From the NCBI GenBank assembly GCA_001949185.1, contig BDGG01000017.1:620001-684000 (forward strand): a stretch of DNA of 64,000 nt. The letters run 5' to 3'. Under the pieces are notes generated by a model that searched no databases, was not told the DNA's origin, and saw nothing but the letters and a program-made list of their open reading frames with translations. The position numbers and the translations under genes were made by a program. The number at the start of each line of letters is the position of its first letter. The first letter of the stretch is position 1. The DNA comes from Ramazzottius varieornatus (Eukaryota; Animalia; Tardigrada). This document shows positions 60,779 to 64,000 of the stretch, piece after piece.

Positions 60779-63700
60779 CTCCTCTACTACTAACACAACA
60801 ACAACAACAAGAAGACATATAGGCCTCAGTCAGCTTTATGCAAAATACGTAGGACAGCTGGTCCTTATACTGCCTTTCTCCAATCGATTCTTTCTTTCGA
60901 ATAGTGGCTATACCGCGGCCATTCATGCAACCTGTTGCATGTCTGTCATCAATGGCAATCTAGGCTGGTCGCAGCGCTACCGGCCGAGGCACAGTAGCGG
61001 CTGAGCCCACATGCTAATTTGACACTCTCTTGGTCGACGGAACTTTGAGACAAGTTTCCTTTTTACAACGAAAACGTTGGCTTCCTATATATTCTGGAAG
61101 AAAAGTACGCACCGCGTTTGCCTCTCATGGAATTTGTCGAGGTCTGGCAATTAAGTCCCTGCGGACTGGTGTCGGTCGTCAGCGCGATATGACTAACTGC
61201 GGCCAGCTGTCTGGAAGGGAAGGCTTATATATGGCCACAAGTAGGCTGCAGGGGGATGGATGGATGGATGGATGTTGGACGTCTAAGGGCAAGTGTTTGC
61301 GCTGGGCTATATCGCCTTTGCAGAGCAATCAAGCATATAATGGCCAGTCATAAAAATGGTTGTGCTCGACACTTTGATATCCTCAGGTCAAAAGCTCAAG
61401 TTCATTCGATAGTACATCACTTGCCAACACAATGCGCTAATATGTCAAGCGGAATTTAAAGAAGGCCCCGCAAGATGCCGGCCAAAGGAATAAGAATACA
61501 GGCCTATTGTCGACAGTTGACTTGCGGTCAGCCCAGGACCTGGGAAGCAAGTGCCGACAGGCTATATAGGACGGGATGATAAGTGATGTGACAAGCCATT
61601 ACCGTTGACGGCTCAATTTGCGCTAAACGCTAAGGTTGACCCATGGAAGAAGGACCGATGGACTGCGATAGGCAAGGAAGGACAGCTGAAGCTTGATCGA
61701 AAGTACAACGTTCATGATGGCGGCAACGTGATGGCTCCTAGCTCTGCAGCGTCGATACTTTGCGCCATGGTGCTGCATGGCTGATAGCAGTCCACCTGAC
61801 TCATGCTAGATAGGACTTTACTCCTTATCTGCAAACATTCCGCACAGCCTATAGCCAAGTTACAGTTAGCAGCCCCCCATTATCATCAAACACTGCAAAT
61901 GCAACCATCGAGCACAGCGCCTTGACGCAACCAAAAATGCATGCTGCTACACTGTCCTCCTCTCCAGGCCGGACAAATAGCGCTTACAATGAACGACATA
62001 GCCCCAAGAAGCCAGTGTCCACAATTAAGGCCGAAACATCGGCGCTGGCTGAAAAGTGGGAACATGCTTTGTAAACAAAACAGACTGGCCAAGGATGGTC
62101 ATGTGTCCGCCCAGCGGCTAGCGCTCTTTTGCCAAAGGTAGATAAGATAAGCCTTAGTTGCAGCGACCCGCCAAACTCTCATCCACCAAAAGTGAGACGC
62201 GCGCGCGCGGCTGAGTGGGGCCATGGACCATAGTAGCTAGACCTACCCCTTATACCCTACCGCCCTACCCAATTACGGCTCTCTACATAGGTTATCACAT
62301 CACCTGATATTATTCAACAAAACTCTTCCGCCATTTGTGGGTGCACCGATCATCTCCGAAAAAGGTGCCATGGACTGAACTTGCCAGATTTAGCGGGACG
62401 AAGCTCCTCGCTTGAGCCTGAAGATGTACTACCCCGTTGGCAAGTCTTCAGAAGATGGACATGACACAAATAGCAGAACCAGCCGACATGACAAGATGAA
62501 GGGTGATTTTAGGCGGCGATTGTATGCCACCCTTTTTGTCTTGTTATCTATCTCGGCCATAACAGGCCTGCCTTCCTTCCTCCTTCACAGCAAGGCATAG
62601 CTGGAGGTGCCAAACAGCTTTGCTTTGGCCATAGCCTACCATAGTGATAGCGATCCATCACACGATGACAGAACGACAACAATATGTCCGTGACATATGA
62701 ACATGGCAAATAATCATTTGAGGGTGACGGATACAGGACAGTTACATCGAGTAACAGCGCATGAACCTTTCCACAGGTCTCTGCCGTCCTCTACCCCCTT
62801 CGCCATCTAGGTTGAAAAACGAGCATACGGACAATATCGTTGCCCAGACATTTAAGGCCATAAATGCCAGGTTGCTCCGTACATTGTCAATATATACTTT
62901 GGACGGAAAAGCCAACAAATTTCTCCGACAGCCTCTTGTTGACTGTGTAGCCAGCCTGAGCCTGCCAGTGAAAGCAGCCAGAAAGACTCAATCTACCTCC
63001 ACATTAAATATCAGACAATACACTCGAGCAACATGTCCATGATTAGCTGCTGCCTCGAGTCAGAGCCATCGAGCTTGGAAGGGTAGCTGCGGGAGAGAGT
63101 AGATGGTCTGTGACTGGTTGGCCCATATATGTTGCTTACGATAATGATGATGTCGATGTGCAGCGTAATAGGGCTAGCTTATGTGATACATGTGGGAGGG
63201 AGGGAGGTTATATGCTGCGATCTTTGGACATCGGGTCCAGCCATGCTTCCCACCGTAGCCCTCTCACTGTCTAGCCTGTCAGTAGCGCTCCATTATCGCC
63301 CTAACCTTAGCTCCCTCGTCCACATCTTCTATCAGCCTGCTTGCCACTAAAGCCCACAGTCATAGAGCAGTGGACGACAGTTCAAACTGCCAGCTTTATA
63401 TAACAACCATGATAGCCTTGCAAAGTTTTGACAAGACCTCAAGACCGGGTAAGGTAGCACGATGATCGCACTTTGTAAACTAGTATAAAGTGTGAGGCTA
63501 GTGCAAGTGAGGGGAGAGTCAGGTTCATCGATGGCCCGTCAAAGAGGCTTCTTACAGTAATGAGGGGGAAACCAGAGGCAGGGATCATTCTTCGGTGGCG
63601 GCCCGAGCAGCATTGCGTCGTGGCGGTGGCTTGCTGGCTCCGCCGGAAGTGATGGCTTGAACGTCGCCCTGCAACAAAAACAAGCGTCATCAGCATTATG

Positions 63701-64000
63701 TGGTTTCCTTCAGTTGACATGGAAGTTGGCCATGGTTAGGCCTATGTTAGTACCCAAGTGCTTATTTGCGTTTGGGTGGAGCGCTGCCGGCAGCAGCCGA
63801 AGGCGCTGCCGGTGTAGAGCGAGTGGAGGTAGTTACAAAGGCTTGCGTGTCATCCTGTTAAATGAGGGCCGACTGTTAGGCTGTAGTGAGTGAGCGAGAT
63901 ATTATAAGTGAGAAAAAGGCTTGTGTCTTGATACCTTGGTCGATGGTCCAGCGGAAGCGCCGGAGCGGTTCTTGGCTCGCAGCTTCTGTAGCGTCTGCTC

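Noticed and set aside
60800-64000. Short ORFs, (GGAT)n and (GC)n tracts upstream of HNF4
   Set aside because: No domain similarity; ordinary simple repeats in a probable regulatory or intronic region.

Overview
Eukaryotic (animal) genomic DNA, not prokaryotic. It is a gene-dense stretch with mostly ~55-80-nt GT-AG introns, typical of a compact invertebrate genome; the Pygopus and enok-like sequences look protostome/arthropod-like, but I cannot fix the taxon. About 17 spliced genes can be read, in order: colmedin-like transmembrane collagen/olfactomedin (-, runs off the left edge), PPM1G (-), a KAT6/enok-type double winged-helix + C2H2 protein (+), C1orf131/DUF4602-like (-), clathrin light chain (+), WDR55 (-), acetyl-CoA carboxylase (+), CTL/SLC44 (+), ATF4-like bZIP (-), MATH-BTB SPOP-like (+), VMA21 (+), AMDHD2 (-), a disrupted SMYD-like gene (+), Pygopus (-), REV3/Pol zeta (+), an F-box gene (+) and HNF4 (-). 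Six pairs are head-to-head. Main observations: (1) a family of ~190-bp intronic elements with terminal inverted repeats and one or two internal long hairpins, in five different genes; (2) an ATF4-type uORF1/overlapping-uORF2 leader with a CARE site and a CRE upstream; (3) a KAT6 chromatin-reader module with no acetyltransferase, joined to zinc fingers across an anomalous junction; (4) a pseudogenised SMYD gene with degenerate catalytic motifs; (5) REV3 lacking CysA; (6) three further MITE-like intronic insertions. All exon boundaries were read by eye.
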